Below are positions 21,033 to 36,541 of a stretch of DNA of 64,000 nt, piece by piece. A program made the translations under genes and the position numbers. The DNA lies in contig JBBPEB010000014.1 in NCBI GenBank assembly GCA_039096225.1, positions 1,736,001-1,800,000 on the forward strand, in the 5' to 3' direction. Numbering within the stretch: the first letter of the stretch is position 1; every line of letters starts with the position of its first letter. This DNA comes from Blastocystis sp. Blastoise. Its lineage: Eukaryota > Protista > Bigyra: Opalinata. The notes under the pieces were generated by a model, which was not told the origin of the DNA, did no database searches, and saw only the letters and a list, made by a program, of their open reading frames with translations.

Positions 21033-22458
21033 CAATCAGTGCCAAAACCTGACAACCCTTATCGTTTTCAATAGTTACGGGGAATTTTTTGACGCGGTTT
21101 TTTTTGTTTGAATTGTAATAACATGTAGAATATATTCTAGAAATTTCTAGAATATATAATTAGTGGTTTTGGAAAAACAGAAATTTTAATTGGAACACAA
21201 TTACTCTGAGACCTTTTTTAACCCTTTAAAAATAGTTTTATTCTTTAAAAATAAGTTGTGTATGGGTAAATACGTCGTTATAACTGAAAGAGAGTTTAGA
21301 AAGATGATAAGAGACGGGTACACGGATGAACAGATTGCCATTCATTTTCATTGTTCGCTTAGAACTGTTGCCCGTAGAAGGTCCCAATACAATATGTCCA
21401 AGTCAACTAAGAAAGGTGGAAGACCACAAGTTTTAACTCCTTCTAATTTACGAGAAATCAATAATATTGTCCCAAAAAGCTCTGAGAACTCTAGCGTTTT
21501 ATTGGATATCTTCCAAAAGAAAACCGGTACTCATGTCTCAAAAAGGTCCTTTATTAGAGGACTCCATGCTGTTGGTTACGTCGCCAAAAAGAAGCTTCAT
21601 AAACCACTCATATCGGAGAAAAATAGAAAAGTCCGATTGGATTGGTGTTTAAAATACCGAAATATGCCAATAAGTTTCTGGGAAAACGTCCTCTGGTCTG
21701 ACGAGTGTTCTATTAGAACACATCAATCAACCTTTCAAGAATACTATTGGAAGAAACCTGGTTCTCCAAATAAGCCGTCAGAAATCATTCCAACCATGAA
21801 AAACGATGGAAAATCGATTATGATTTGGGGATGTATGACGCAACATGGTGCTGGTCAAATGGAGGTCCTTGATGGTCATGTGACATCATTAAAGTATGGA
21901 GAAACTCTTGGTCGAACTCTTCCGTCAACCGTGGAAAAATTGCAAATTGACCCCAAAACTATGGTATTCCAACAGGATAATGCTCCTATTCACAAGTCAA
22001 AAAAGATGAATAGTTTCTTTAAAACTGCTCAACTTACAGTGATTGATTGGCCTCCACAGTCCCCAGACCTTAATCCCATTGAACATCTTTGGGTCTATAT
22101 TAAAAGAAGATTACAAAGAAATTCCCATTGCGGATATACTTTGAGTCAACTAAAGGTCGAAGTTGACAAGATATGGAGGTCAATACCTGTAAATGTATGT
22201 GAAAGGCTTGTTTTATCAATGCCGAAAAGAATTGAGGCAGTAATAGCCAATAATGGTGGATTTACAAGATATTAATATTTGTGTTTCAATTCAAAAAAAT
22301 GGTTTTTTAAATTTTTTTCCATGACGCTTATTTGTTTTGTTTCCCTGTTTTAATAGTCAATACAACCTTTGATGACAAATGACTTAATAAAAAAAAAACA
22401 AAGAAAAACTCGCCAGTTTAAAAAAAAAACCGAGGTTGTCAGGTTTTGGCACTGATTG
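21033..22458 (+). mobile_element. Intact Tc1/mariner element, 1426 bp
   Basis: Perfect 25-bp TIRs CAATCAGTGCCAAAACCTGACAACC (21033-21057 and 22434-22458), flanked by the TA duplication (21031-21032, 22459-22460). One uninterrupted transposase ORF. Confidence 0.96.
21262..22275 (+). CDS. Tc1-family transposase, DD34E, 337 aa, intronless
   Basis: HTH region with GGRP. Catalytic WSDE...IMIWGC...FQQDNAPIH-(34 aa spacing)-SPDLNPIEHLW, and SMPKRIEAVIANNGG. Confidence 0.95.
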   Translation: MGKYVVITEREFRKMIRDGYTDEQIAIHFHCSLRTVARRRSQYNMSKSTKKGGRPQVLTPSNLREINNIVPKSSENSSVLLDIFQKKTGTHVSKRSFIRGLHAVGYVAKKKLHKPLISEKNRKVRLDWCLKYRNMPISFWENVLWSDECSIRTHQSTFQEYYWKKPGSPNKPSEIIPTMKNDGKSIMIWGCMTQHGAGQMEVLDGHVTSLKYGETLGRTLPSTVEKLQIDPKTMVFQQDNAPIHKSKKMNSFFKTAQLTVIDWPPQSPDLNPIEHLWVYIKRRLQRNSHCGYTLSQLKVEVDKIWRSIPVNVCERLVLSMPKRIEAVIANNGGFTRY

Positions 22459-24361
22459 TAATAAAAAAGCATGAAAACTTTTTAAAACCGCTGCCCGAAG
22501 AGGAATACGGCATTTCCAGTAAAATTATAAACATCGTGGAGAGACAATAATTGTAAAATTTCTCATTTTATTGGTTGGTCGAATGGGATGTTTCTAAAAT
22601 AAGTGAAGAATTGGTTAATTTATAATATTTGTTACTGGTCTTTTTCAAATGATGAAGGGATTTTTAAATATTATTTCATGCAGAACTTAAAAAGTACACT
22701 TGTCTTCTGTATTTATAGAATCTCATTACATCTTTTACAGAATTTCATAATAATATATTCAATAAGGAGATCATTTCTGACAAAATGGAAAAAATAACAG
22801 CATATACTCAATCCTACATCCTTGTCAATTTCAAATGATGATTGGTGCCGAATATCGTAGTGTCCTAAGCAATTTTATTTTACAAAATAATAACTGGAAA
22901 TATCTCGTAATAGGAGATTATTAACATTAGACACATCCTTTGACAATTAGATCCTTTGAGCAATAGAACTGGATAGAATCCTTTGTAAATCGCAAGAAAT
23001 ATCAAGAAATAAATAAAATAAAAATTATTAAATATGTTTTTTTCTCATTAAGGACAGTATAGTTTTCTTAATATTAATATCTTAAGATAAGCATGCCAAT
23101 AAGAAGATTAAATAAGCAAGTAGAAAAATAGGCAAGGTGTTACTGTAACCTTTCTTTTTCTGAACAAGAAGACGGTCACCAGCAGGCAATTAATGTACTA
23201 TCAATACAATACAATAATGATTATAACTTCAAAAAAAGAACTATTTCTTTATAGGTCTAGTTTTATAAAAAATAGACGCACTCCATAAACTAGTGATTTG
23301 TTTTGTTATTAAAAAGTCCGATACCAAACCCAAACAATGGTGTTTCCCCATATCTTTTTTAAGCCACGAAAAAAAAATTGTGACGCCCTTTGCCTATCCA
23401 ATCATTTCGAGATTTTCAATAGAAACACTCATTTATAGGCCCTTAATATATATTTTACAATTGAAATTTTTGGTATTGAAAGAAGTAATACCCACTTTTT
23501 ATTATATATACTTTGTAATACAAATGACGCATCTTCTTTCATATACTATTAAACAAATGAAATTTTAAAAAAGCAAATGAAATAAACGTTCAGTATATTT
23601 GTTTTGTTTTTTTGATGTCAAGCTTTTTAAAAATGTTTATATTATTCTAATGAGTATGCTAGCATTAACTTGTCTCTATAGATACTTTAGTAATAACTTA
23701 TCTCAAGAAAATCTGACTCTTTTAACGTGGAATTACTTGTCCATACAAGTTGAGTTTCATCATTTAAATGTTTCCAAATGATTTCCTTGTAGTCTTAGTA
23801 CAATTTATGTATAGTAAATAATTCAGTATGATAGAATCTATTTCACAAATGCTATGAAAACACAAATAAAACCAAAGATTCATAAGAAACAAACAAGCTA
23901 TTCATTTTAAGACACTATTCTTGACCATAAATTAAAGACTTCTATTGTTATCTCCTTTGTATTAAAACAGGTTTCTTATTACATCATATGCAGAGTTATT
24001 GTCATAGTAATACCTATAACCCATATTCTCCTTAGTTTTTACTCTTTTTGAAAACATGAAAAACACATCATTACCTTCGGTAATTCATTCATGTATGTTT
24101 ATTTAACTGTCAACTTTAAGAAACGCTTTTTAATAATAAAATCTAAAAAAATAAATTGATTCTATTCATTCGTTGAAAAATGAAAGACTAACTGAAATTT
24201 TTAGGATTGCTTTTACGAAATGACAAAAAAAATGAGTTTTTTATTATGTTAAGTATATTTCATTATGTTGCATACCCACAATAAGTGGAAATGAGAATCA
24301 AATTAAGATAAAAAATATTTATTATAACATCAAAACAACTTATATAAGCTATAAAGTCGAA

Positions 24362-24825
24362 TTAATCTATCTTTTTGTATGTTTCTGCTATTTCCCTTAA
24401 AGGAATGACTTTTTTTGTGACATCATCTAATTTATTATACTGTTTATCTATCAAGTATTTTAATCCAAATTTGGGATCTGTCTTCGAAAGGTTGATTCGT
24501 TGTTGTAGAATATAAGCCATATTAATCATTAGTTTTCGTTCACCACCTTGTCCTGTTTCTTGGGCTATATTTAATAAATGCAAACAAGCAATTCCAGATT
24601 CAATCTTTGAATTGATTATAGAATTATTTGTCAAATTTATGTTTCTATGAAATGCTTTTGATGCTTCTCGTTTGATGAATTGTTTAGTTATGGTTCTAGG
24701 TTCACGATTTGCTGCTCGAAGAATCTGTTTATATCTAAAGAATAAAAACAATGTATAAAAATGATTAACAACCTATATATAGTATCATACAATAGCCTGA
24801 TTTCAACAGAATTTAAAAGAGACAT
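24362..24825 (-). CDS. LYR-motif (complex I LYR family) protein, 2 exons
   Basis: Splicing intron 24735-24790 gives MSLLNSVEIRLLYKQILRAA...FIKREASKAFHRN (LYK..LR.A and F..N pattern). Confidence 0.7.
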
Positions 24826-24999
24826 TTATGAACAAATAATGAATATTATTTAATTTTTTTATGGAATACCTTTCATCAATATTTGGGAAATCTACGAAAA
24901 ATATTCAAAAATATATTTTTGTATGTAATATAAGTATGTGTTTATTTTACAATGTTATGTATGCTATAGAGATCATAAAAATATAAGTGGAAGTAAATT

Positions 25000-26343
25000 A
25001 TGAAACGACAGTATATTGTTCTATCTGATGATGAAGATGAGAATGATGTGAAAAAAATAAGGGATGATGAGGATGAAGAATATGATGAGAAAACAAGTAT
25101 TTCTCAACCAACATTTGAAGTATTTTTCGAATATTTTAATAAAATTATCATTGTTTGTATTTTTTTATTATGTAAAGAGCGTATTCAATATATCGGAGCA
25201 GCAAAGGTCAGATATTGAAATCGAATTAGTTAATTCTGATGCTTTAATAGCGTTTCATGTTCTTAAATCACAGTATCCTAATGATAAGAATATAGTATGA
25301 ATATAATTTAATAAATTATATGTTCTATATGTAATAGAAAGGATTTGATAATACAATTTTGCCTCCATTCCCAGTTGTTTTTCTACATCAATTATATACA
25401 ACATTGGAAAACAAACAATTTATTGATTCTGAGGTTGATCGTTTGTCTCATCTTGGAATAATAAAGAAATTTGTATATAACAGTCATGAAGATGAATATT
25501 TATTATGTTTATGTGAAGATTACTTAGAATTTATACGTGAAACTATTTATCCGCGAATACCCACAAAATTTATTTCTTCTTTTTTATATTATTTAACTAC
25601 ACAGAATACTTATTATTATATTACTCCTCTACAATTATGCCTAAAGTGTCAATTAGAGAAATCAGACCAAGAACAGTTTTGCAAGTATTTATTGAACATT
25701 CTATGATTATTCATATGAAACTTTGTTATTTTTAAAGAAATATATATTTTTATATTTAATTATGTAATTTTATTGATTGATCATTATTGTAATACTTCTC
25801 TAGAATACTGTTTGAAAATGGACTGATAAACCGAAAAATAACCAATTCTGAAATTTTATATTTTAATACATATCCAAAAGTATTATATATATATATATAT
25901 GTGCTGAAATGTTTTATTTTGGATTTATATATGATATATATTTTCATAATATTTTTTAAATTTTAGATTTATTAATATATATAATATATTTTCATAATAT
26001 TTCATTTTATTAATATATATACTCTATATTTTCATAATTTTTAATTTTAGATTTATAAAAATCTATAATATTATAGTTTATTTAATCTATACATACTGTT
26101 TTATATACTCTATTATATATATAGATGGGTTCTTTTTATAAATGTATTTCAATAGGAAGAGAAGAAGTATTAAAAATATTAAAACATTCCAAATCGATGA
26201 TGACAAAAGATGTTTTTCTATCTAAAAAAACGAATCGTCTTCCTTATGGATCACTATTTCATTTTCGAGATATGATGGGTCGAGGAAGTATTCTTTGTAA
26301 AACATCACCAAATAAAGAAATAGTTCTTTATATAAATTCATAG
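25000..26343 (+). CDS. STK19: STK19 (tandem winged-helix transcription-coupled repair factor)
   Basis: LPPFPVVFLHQLYTTL...DSEVDRL...GII and GSFYKCISIGREEVLKILK...FHFRDMMGRG match conserved STK19 blocks. Confidence 0.75.
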
Positions 26344-26466
26344 ATTGATAGACTTGCTGTTACATGATCTTTGTAAATAGTTTTGTTAGTATCTTGATCT
26401 TTTTAATTATTCAAAATGAAAAGATAAATGAACAAAACTCTATAATTCAAATTATATGTGCATATC

Positions 26467-26637
26467 CTACTGTTTTGTTGAAGATTGGCTCTGTCTTTCT
26501 TGTAATCTTTTCTGTATTTCTTTTTCAATTTTTACACTTTCATCTTTTTTTTGATCTCGAGAGGTAGAGTACATATATCCACTAATAAAACCAATTCCAA
26601 TAATTCCTGCAAGTATGTTAACAAGTTGTTCCTTCAT
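26467..26637 (-). CDS. Small (56 aa) single-pass membrane protein
   Basis: MKEQLVNILAGIIGIGFISGYMYS plus a charged helical tail. A GT-AG intron in the putative 5'UTR precedes it. No family recognised. Confidence 0.45.
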   Translation of the reverse strand: MKEQLVNILAGIIGIGFISGYMYSTSRDQKKDESVKIEKEIQKRLQERQSQSSTKQ

Positions 26638-26804
26638 TGACGATGAAACTAAAGCAATTATCAATTAATATATAATTTGAATAAAGAAGAAATAATTGTT
26701 TTATTACAATTCTGGTTTTCTTCTTGTTTTTACTTGCAATAATTGATTTTTCCTGGAAATCAAGCTATAAAAGAAAATTTCAAAAGTCTCACAAACTCTT
26801 TTCT

Positions 26805-29057
26805 ATGGATAACATACCTTCATTCCGTGTATCTCAACTAGGCAAAACTACTGTGTATACAAATGAAAGCTATAAAAGATCCTCTACGTCATATAAAATG
26901 ATTAATGGACATTGCTTTAATCAAAGTTTACAACTCATTTTACCAAAAATAGAAACAGAAACGATAGTAGAATCAAACCATAATGATCACGATTTAGCTA
27001 CTATCGATTATCAAGAAAGTGAATACTTAAAAGATGTAGATAATGTTATAAACTTGCCTCAACGTCATTATTTTAAAGTCAAATTTAATATTATCGATTT
27101 CTTTTCTGAACTATTTATTAAAAATATTCTTCAGAAATGTTCTTCTGTTCATTTATTCACATTATCAACTCCTTTATTTTCATGCAATTCTTTTTGTTAT
27201 TTCCCTTCTGGCCATCTATATATGACTGTAGATAAAGACACTTATCAAACATTTGGGTTACAAGGAATACACTCATGTTTCAAGTATATATATATATATA
27301 TATTAAAGCTATTTTTATAAATTATAATTATATTATATATAAATTATAATTATATTATATATAAATTATAATTATATTATATATAAAATATAATTATATT
27401 ATATATAAATTATAATTATATTATATGTAAATTATAATTATATTATATATAAATTATAATTATATTATATATAAATTATAATTATATTATATATAAATTA
27501 TAATTATATTATATATAAATTATACTATTCTATTTTTTAAATTATTCTTCATATTTTAATCTGTTTGTATTAAAAAATGTATATCTATATATACTATTGC
27601 TTATGTTTTTTTATTTTTATATTATTTTTTCTCATTCTATCTATATTCTTAACTATATAAGTTATACTATAACTATATATAGAGAATATGAGCATAATTC
27701 TTATGTTATTCACATTGATATCCACCCCTATTTATTTACTAAAGAGAATAAGCCTATAGAAGAGGTATTATCAAATAAAGTATTACAACGTATTATTGAA
27801 TGCTTTAAGAAGGTATATATATAGAGTTATATGTATATATATATATTATATGGATGAATTTATTTCGGTAGAATATTACATATTATTATATATTATTATA
27901 TATATTAATATATATATTATTATATATATATTTATGTATATTATTATTATAATATATATTGATGTAGACACCATCTATTGATTGTATATTATATTGTGAT
28001 GATACTATTGAGGATTATATCCCATCAACATTTCAACCACAAAAAGTATATAGTTCGTTTAAGTAGATTGTTTTATTCATTTTTAAATATATATATATAT
28101 ATATATTTGATTCTATATTTTAAATTTCATGTAGTTTTTATATTTATTTCATATTTAAATTTTTTTTTTAAATTATTTTTTTTGAATTTTATATTTATTA
28201 AATTAGTGTTTAATTTCTATATCTATATCTATAGATTGATTGTACACTATCTACGCAACTATTACATTCTATATATATACCTCATATAACATTTGATCAA
28301 TGTCTACGAACTAATTATGATGATATACAAGTATATATATATTGTTTTATTTATTATATACTATATATATATATATTAGAATTCATTATATACTATATAT
28401 AGAGTTATATATCTTATTTAGATTCTATAATAGAATGGATGGGAGATACTTCTATACCCTTATGTCATGGTATATATATATATATATATACTATAGTATA
28501 CTATTCTTTATAAATTAATAACTTATGAAATATCAAATATTTTTTTTTTACTTTATTTATTATTAATAATAACAATATTTATTATTTATAGTTCTTTCTA
28601 ATACTAATAAAGATACGAAACTATATTCATATCCTCTTCCTCCATATCTCTCTTATTTCAAAGATAGTTCTCTTTTATTAACTTCTTATAAAGGCTATTT
28701 CTCAGAATCAACTATTCAACAGTATTTTTTTAAATATAATTTATTATATTTATATAAACAATATATATAGAATCATTGAACTATCTGTGGAATATATGAA
28801 AGAACACAATTTACCCTGGATTTCACTACTAGTGAATGGAATCGATGACATTCCGTGTATATACTTGATTCCTTATTGTTCTCTCATTAATAAACAATTT
28901 AATTATAATATTTATAGGTGGTTGGATTCTTTCAAAACATCGATATTCTGAACACAAGTATATGATTAATGGAGATAATAACTATATTTTAATTCTATTC
29001 AATAATAACGAATCTCTATTCATCATGGACAATGGAGACATGGATCAATATGTATAG
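26805..29057 (+). CDS. RPP40: RNase P/MRP subunit p40
   Basis: HCFNQSLQLILP, GHLYMTVDKDTYQTFGLQG, EWMG, LPWISLLVNGIDDIP and EHKYMINGDNNY match Rpp40 blocks. Confidence 0.85.
27319..27520. repeat. Intronic 22-bp AT-rich minisatellite (AAATTATAATTATATTATATAT), about 9 copies
   Basis: Directly visible tandem array in RPP40 intron 1. Confidence 0.85.
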
Positions 29058-29495
29058 TATTCACAATTGATACCTCTTTTCTAATTGTAGATGGTATTAT
29101 AATCATATATTCTTATTGGTTATTCGAAGATAAATATGAATTTTATGTCTAATTAGTTGTAACATTGATATATTTGGTAATTTTTCTAAAAAGAAAATAA
29201 TAAACTTTTCACTTTTTCTATGTTTATTCTTGTTTTTTGTGTCACTTTTTTTCAATGCGAATACCGATTCTTCTTAAAAATTAAAATAATTATGATTATT
29301 CAACAGTTTTCAGCCATTTTTTTTTATTCATCGGCTTTATAAAATTGAACCCCTGGATAATTTTTTTTCGTTATTTTTTTATGTATATTCGTCAATGACC
29401 GCCATCCATTTTCACTTTTTCTTTTATACAAAATTTTCTTTACTTTATTAGGCTCATAATATCTGTAACCACCTTTTTAACTGTATTAGAACAAT

Positions 29496-30068
29496 ATGGT
29501 ATGCATTTTCATAAATTAAACTGTTGCTTATATTAAAATATGATTTTTCGATGACTTTTTAAGGCATTGTTTGTCTATGTTAATCATTATGTTTTTTTAT
29601 TTTGGCTGAAGAACAAACTGTAGAACTCTCTGCTGAAGAACAAAAGAAGAGAAGAACCTTCAAGAAGTTTACCTACCGTGGTATTGACTTAGATAAGATT
29701 CTTACTATTTCTCCTAAGGAATTAATGGAATTATTCCCTTGATGTGTTTAGATATAAAATAAAGTTTTTATTTATTATAATTGTTGAATATGATATATTA
29801 TTATTATTTAAATCATTTATTATTATTTTTTTAATTATTAGATTTTATTAGAAATTATTGATTAAATTATTATTTATATTATTTATATTATTATTAAATT
29901 ATTGATTAAATTATTATTTATATTATTATAAAAATGAATTAAAAATATATATAAAAAATGATAATAAATAATAATATATTATTGTATAGTGCCGTGCTCG
30001 TAGACGATTTAACAGAGGTTTAAAGAGAAACTGTAATACTCTTATTAGAAAGATTAAGGCTTCCAAGG

Positions 30069-30133
<65 letters not shown>

Positions 30134-30476
30134 TTTCCAAGGCTAATGCTACTGAAGAAGAACGTCCTGAACCTGTCAAGACTCATCTTCGTAATATGAT
30201 TGTCGTCCCTGATATGATTGGAGGAGTTGTTGGTGTTTATGATGGTAAGAGTTTCAACAATGTTGAAATTAAAGCTGAAATGCTTGGTCACTATTTAGGT
30301 GAATTCTCCATCACGTATATATTTATTATTTATTATAATATTATTATTTATTCTTTATTATTATAATAATATATATATAATAATAATAAATGAATATATA
30401 TACTTATCACCCCGTCCACCATGGTCGTCCTGGTATTGGTGCTTCTCACTCTTCCCGTTTCATTCCTCTTAAGTAA
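29496..30476 (+). CDS. RPS15: 40S ribosomal protein S15 (uS19), copy A; exons 29496-29498, 29605-29739, 29990-30067, 30142-30314, 30404-30476
   Basis: M|AEEQ...[20 protein letters not shown]...[10 protein letters not shown]...[17 protein letters not shown]...[33 protein letters not shown]. Intron ends are non-canonical (see findings). Confidence 0.92.
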
Positions 30477-30780
30477 AGTGCTTTATTTAGTCTTAAGTTT
30501 AATTATGGGTGGATACAAAAAAGATATTTATTGATTATATTGTTTTGTTTAATATCTATTCATTTTTAATTAATAAAAACCAACTAATAATATACAAAAT
30601 ACATAAAGCGATATATAAAAATACAAACGATATAAATATATATCTTGTTCTTCCAATAAAAACACAATTTATTTTCCCTCTTTTTAATTTATTTTACGAT
30701 TTTAATCAATGGTTGCATGAAAAAAAGATGAATGACTATTATTTTATTAATTATAAAGATAAGAAGCACAGGAGAACACG

Positions 30781-33506
<2,726 letters not shown>

Positions 33507-33693
33507 AACACAATTTTGTATTTCATCATCTCTTATGATCATGCTTATCTTATTTCATCTATAATTTGAAGTATCTCTTTCACCCTGTTGGAGAAATACT
33601 TCATTATTGTTTTCATCATTTTTGTTTTTTTTTCATTTTTTGACTTGTTCGTTATCTGTTTTCCACGATTTTCATTCCTTTGTTGTTTTCAAT

Positions 33694-35978
33694 ATGTTTC
33701 GTATTCCTTGTATATTAGCATCAAATGCATTAAAAAACATCTTTTCAGTCACTGTTGCTCCTACTTTTTTAAGATTTGCATCAACGAGAAATGAGTCAGT
33801 TATGAAGCATTTATCTCAATGTCATGAGTATAATATAGAAATTATATTCTATACTAATAATTCTAGACGTTATGTGGAAATCGAACATCAATTGTCAGGT
33901 AGTGGATTAACTCCATCTGATTATGCAAAGCTTGGGAAGGAACAAACAGCTTTATCTAGTCTCTCACAACTTCATCAGGAAATCATTGTATTTTTTAATA
34001 TAATTAATGTTAAAACAGTTCATTTCTAGGAAACAGAGAAATATATACACGAACTTCATAATATTATAGAACATGAGAGTGATACTGAATTGAGAGAAAT
34101 GGCTAAAGAAGAGTACGAACAGAATGATCACAAATTACATAGTCTTTATGAGAAAGCAGAATATGAAACATCTCCAGAAAATAAGTATGACGTCTAGTTA
34201 TTTTCTTTTATGGATAAATGATCTTAATAATATTGTTAATAAATAATAATTATAATATATATTTATGTTTTGAATGTTTTATTATATATATAGGGATGAT
34301 AAGAATTCCGCCATTTTAGAAATTCGCGCAGGTGCTGGTGGCCAAGAGGCGGGATTATTCGCCTTGGATCTCTTCCAAATGTATATATATATATTATATA
34401 TATATTATTATATATATATTTATTATTATATATTTATTATTATATATTTATTATTATATATATAGGTATAAGAGATATGTAGATATTAAAGGATGGAGTT
34501 GGGAAGAGATGACACTACAAGAAATGGAACAAGGGGGGTATATAATATATAATATATATTATATAGATTATATATATAATATATATTATATAGATTATAT
34601 ATATAATAAATATAGTATATATAATATATATAATAAATATAATAATATAAATATAATAATATAAACATTAATGATATAAATATAATATATATAATAATAT
34701 AAGCATTAATGATATAAATATAATAATATAAGCATTAATGATATAAATATCTCTATAGATATCGTGAGGCTGTTATAGGTATAGAGGGAGAGGGAGTTTA
34801 TGGTACACTTCGAAATGAATCAGGCGTTCATGTATATAAAATATGAATATTATTATATACATATCACATTATTATAGATATATTCATATTATAAGAGTAC
34901 TCTTCTTTCTATATAAATATACTATAGTATTATTATTACTATTAATATATATATATACAGCGTGTACAGCGTGTTCCAGAAACTGAGTCTCAGGGCCGGC
35001 TACATACTTCTACCGTTACTATTGCTGTTCTTCCCCAACCAAATTCGATCGATTCTTCGATAAATCCTAATGATATTCGAGTAGATACGTACAGATCCTC
35101 AGGGAAAGGGGGACAGCACGTGAATAAAACAGATTCAGCTGTAAGAATCACTCATTTTCCCACGGGAATTGTAGTTGCTATTCAAGATGAACGAAGTCAA
35201 GTATATTTATATAGATATATATTTAAGTATAATTCTCAATTATTCTTAACATTATAGTAATTATTATTATATATATGTATATATATAATAATAATATTTT
35301 TGTATTATACACTATATGTTCTATTCTAGTATATCTATATATCTAGATAAAGAATAGAGAGAAAGCATTCCGTTTGTTAGAAGCTCGTATATATAATAAG
35401 AAGCAAGAAGAACAACAAAAGATGAGAGACCAGGAACGAAGGGAGTATATATATTATTATTATTATTATTATATTATTATTATTATTATTATGTTTATTA
35501 TTATTATTATTATTAAATGATTCTTATAAATCTTAATGCTATTACTAGATATATATTATTTATACTATTATGATATTAATATTATATATTATTATTATTA
35601 GTATGATATTATAGTATATATATATAGACAAGTAGGAACAGGAGAACGAAGTGAACGAATACGCACTTATAATTATCCAAATGTATATAGTAATTTGAAA
35701 AATAAATATAAATAATAATAATAATAGTATTACTGAACAACTATAAAAATAATAATCATATTTCATCTCTATAATCTTTATTATATATATATCCATTTAT
35801 TCATATATTCTATCTTTCTATACTATTCTTATTATTATAGTCTCGTATAACAGATCATAGAATTGGTTTAACAGTTTATGGTATTGAAAAAATGATGAAC
35901 GGCGAATATTTAGACGAATTCAGTATAAAGCTGAATAAATGGAGAATCAATCAACAAATTGAACAAAAACTAAAGTAA
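33694..35978 (+). CDS. Mitochondrial class-1 peptide release factor (RF1/PrfA type)
   Basis: Presequence-like [14 protein letters not shown]; [37 protein letters not shown] (PxT), [33 protein letters not shown]. Confidence 0.92.
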
Positions 35979-36541
35979 AATCATTGTGTATATATATACT
36001 AAATGTAATAATATATACTCTTTGATTATTGTTGTATGTACGTTATATATATTTCAATTATTGTTAATATTAGTATATATTTTTTGGGGGATTATTTTAT
36101 ATGTTTATTTGTTATTATTGTTGCTTATTTGAAAGAAATTAAATAGATATACTAACAATTTCACTACTTTAACAAATATATTTTTATTTATATTCATAAT
36201 TAAACAATTATCAAACTAATAAATTCATATTTATAAACAATTTCTCATTTTAATAATTATATATAAAATCTAATCAATGAATCATTCAATCATCAAAATA
36301 ATTTCAAACTATATATTTACTGACACATTAATTCTAGTAAAATCAATTCAATTCTAGGTTTTTCTTTTAATATTCCTTATAATTTTATATCAACATATAT
36401 AGAATCGCAATGTCTATAGTAGAAGAAAGAAAACAATTTAGAACAATATCCCTATCATCAAGAATTTTCATTTCTTCGTGTTTTTAGAATAGTTGTAAAA
36501 TGACTTAATATCATTATAAAAGACACTACTGCCATTTACCT

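Noticed and set aside
29601-29742. RPS15-A as a 5'-truncated pseudogene (TTG start, in-frame TGA at 29740) or as a TGA-recoding case
   Set aside because: An ATG-GT first exon exists at 29496, and the TGA is the altered 5' end of intron 2. The spliced protein is complete.
29926-30291. Identical 121-aa ORFs at 29926-30291 (-) and 54077-54442 (+)
   Set aside because: They are antisense shadows of the two RPS15 copies.
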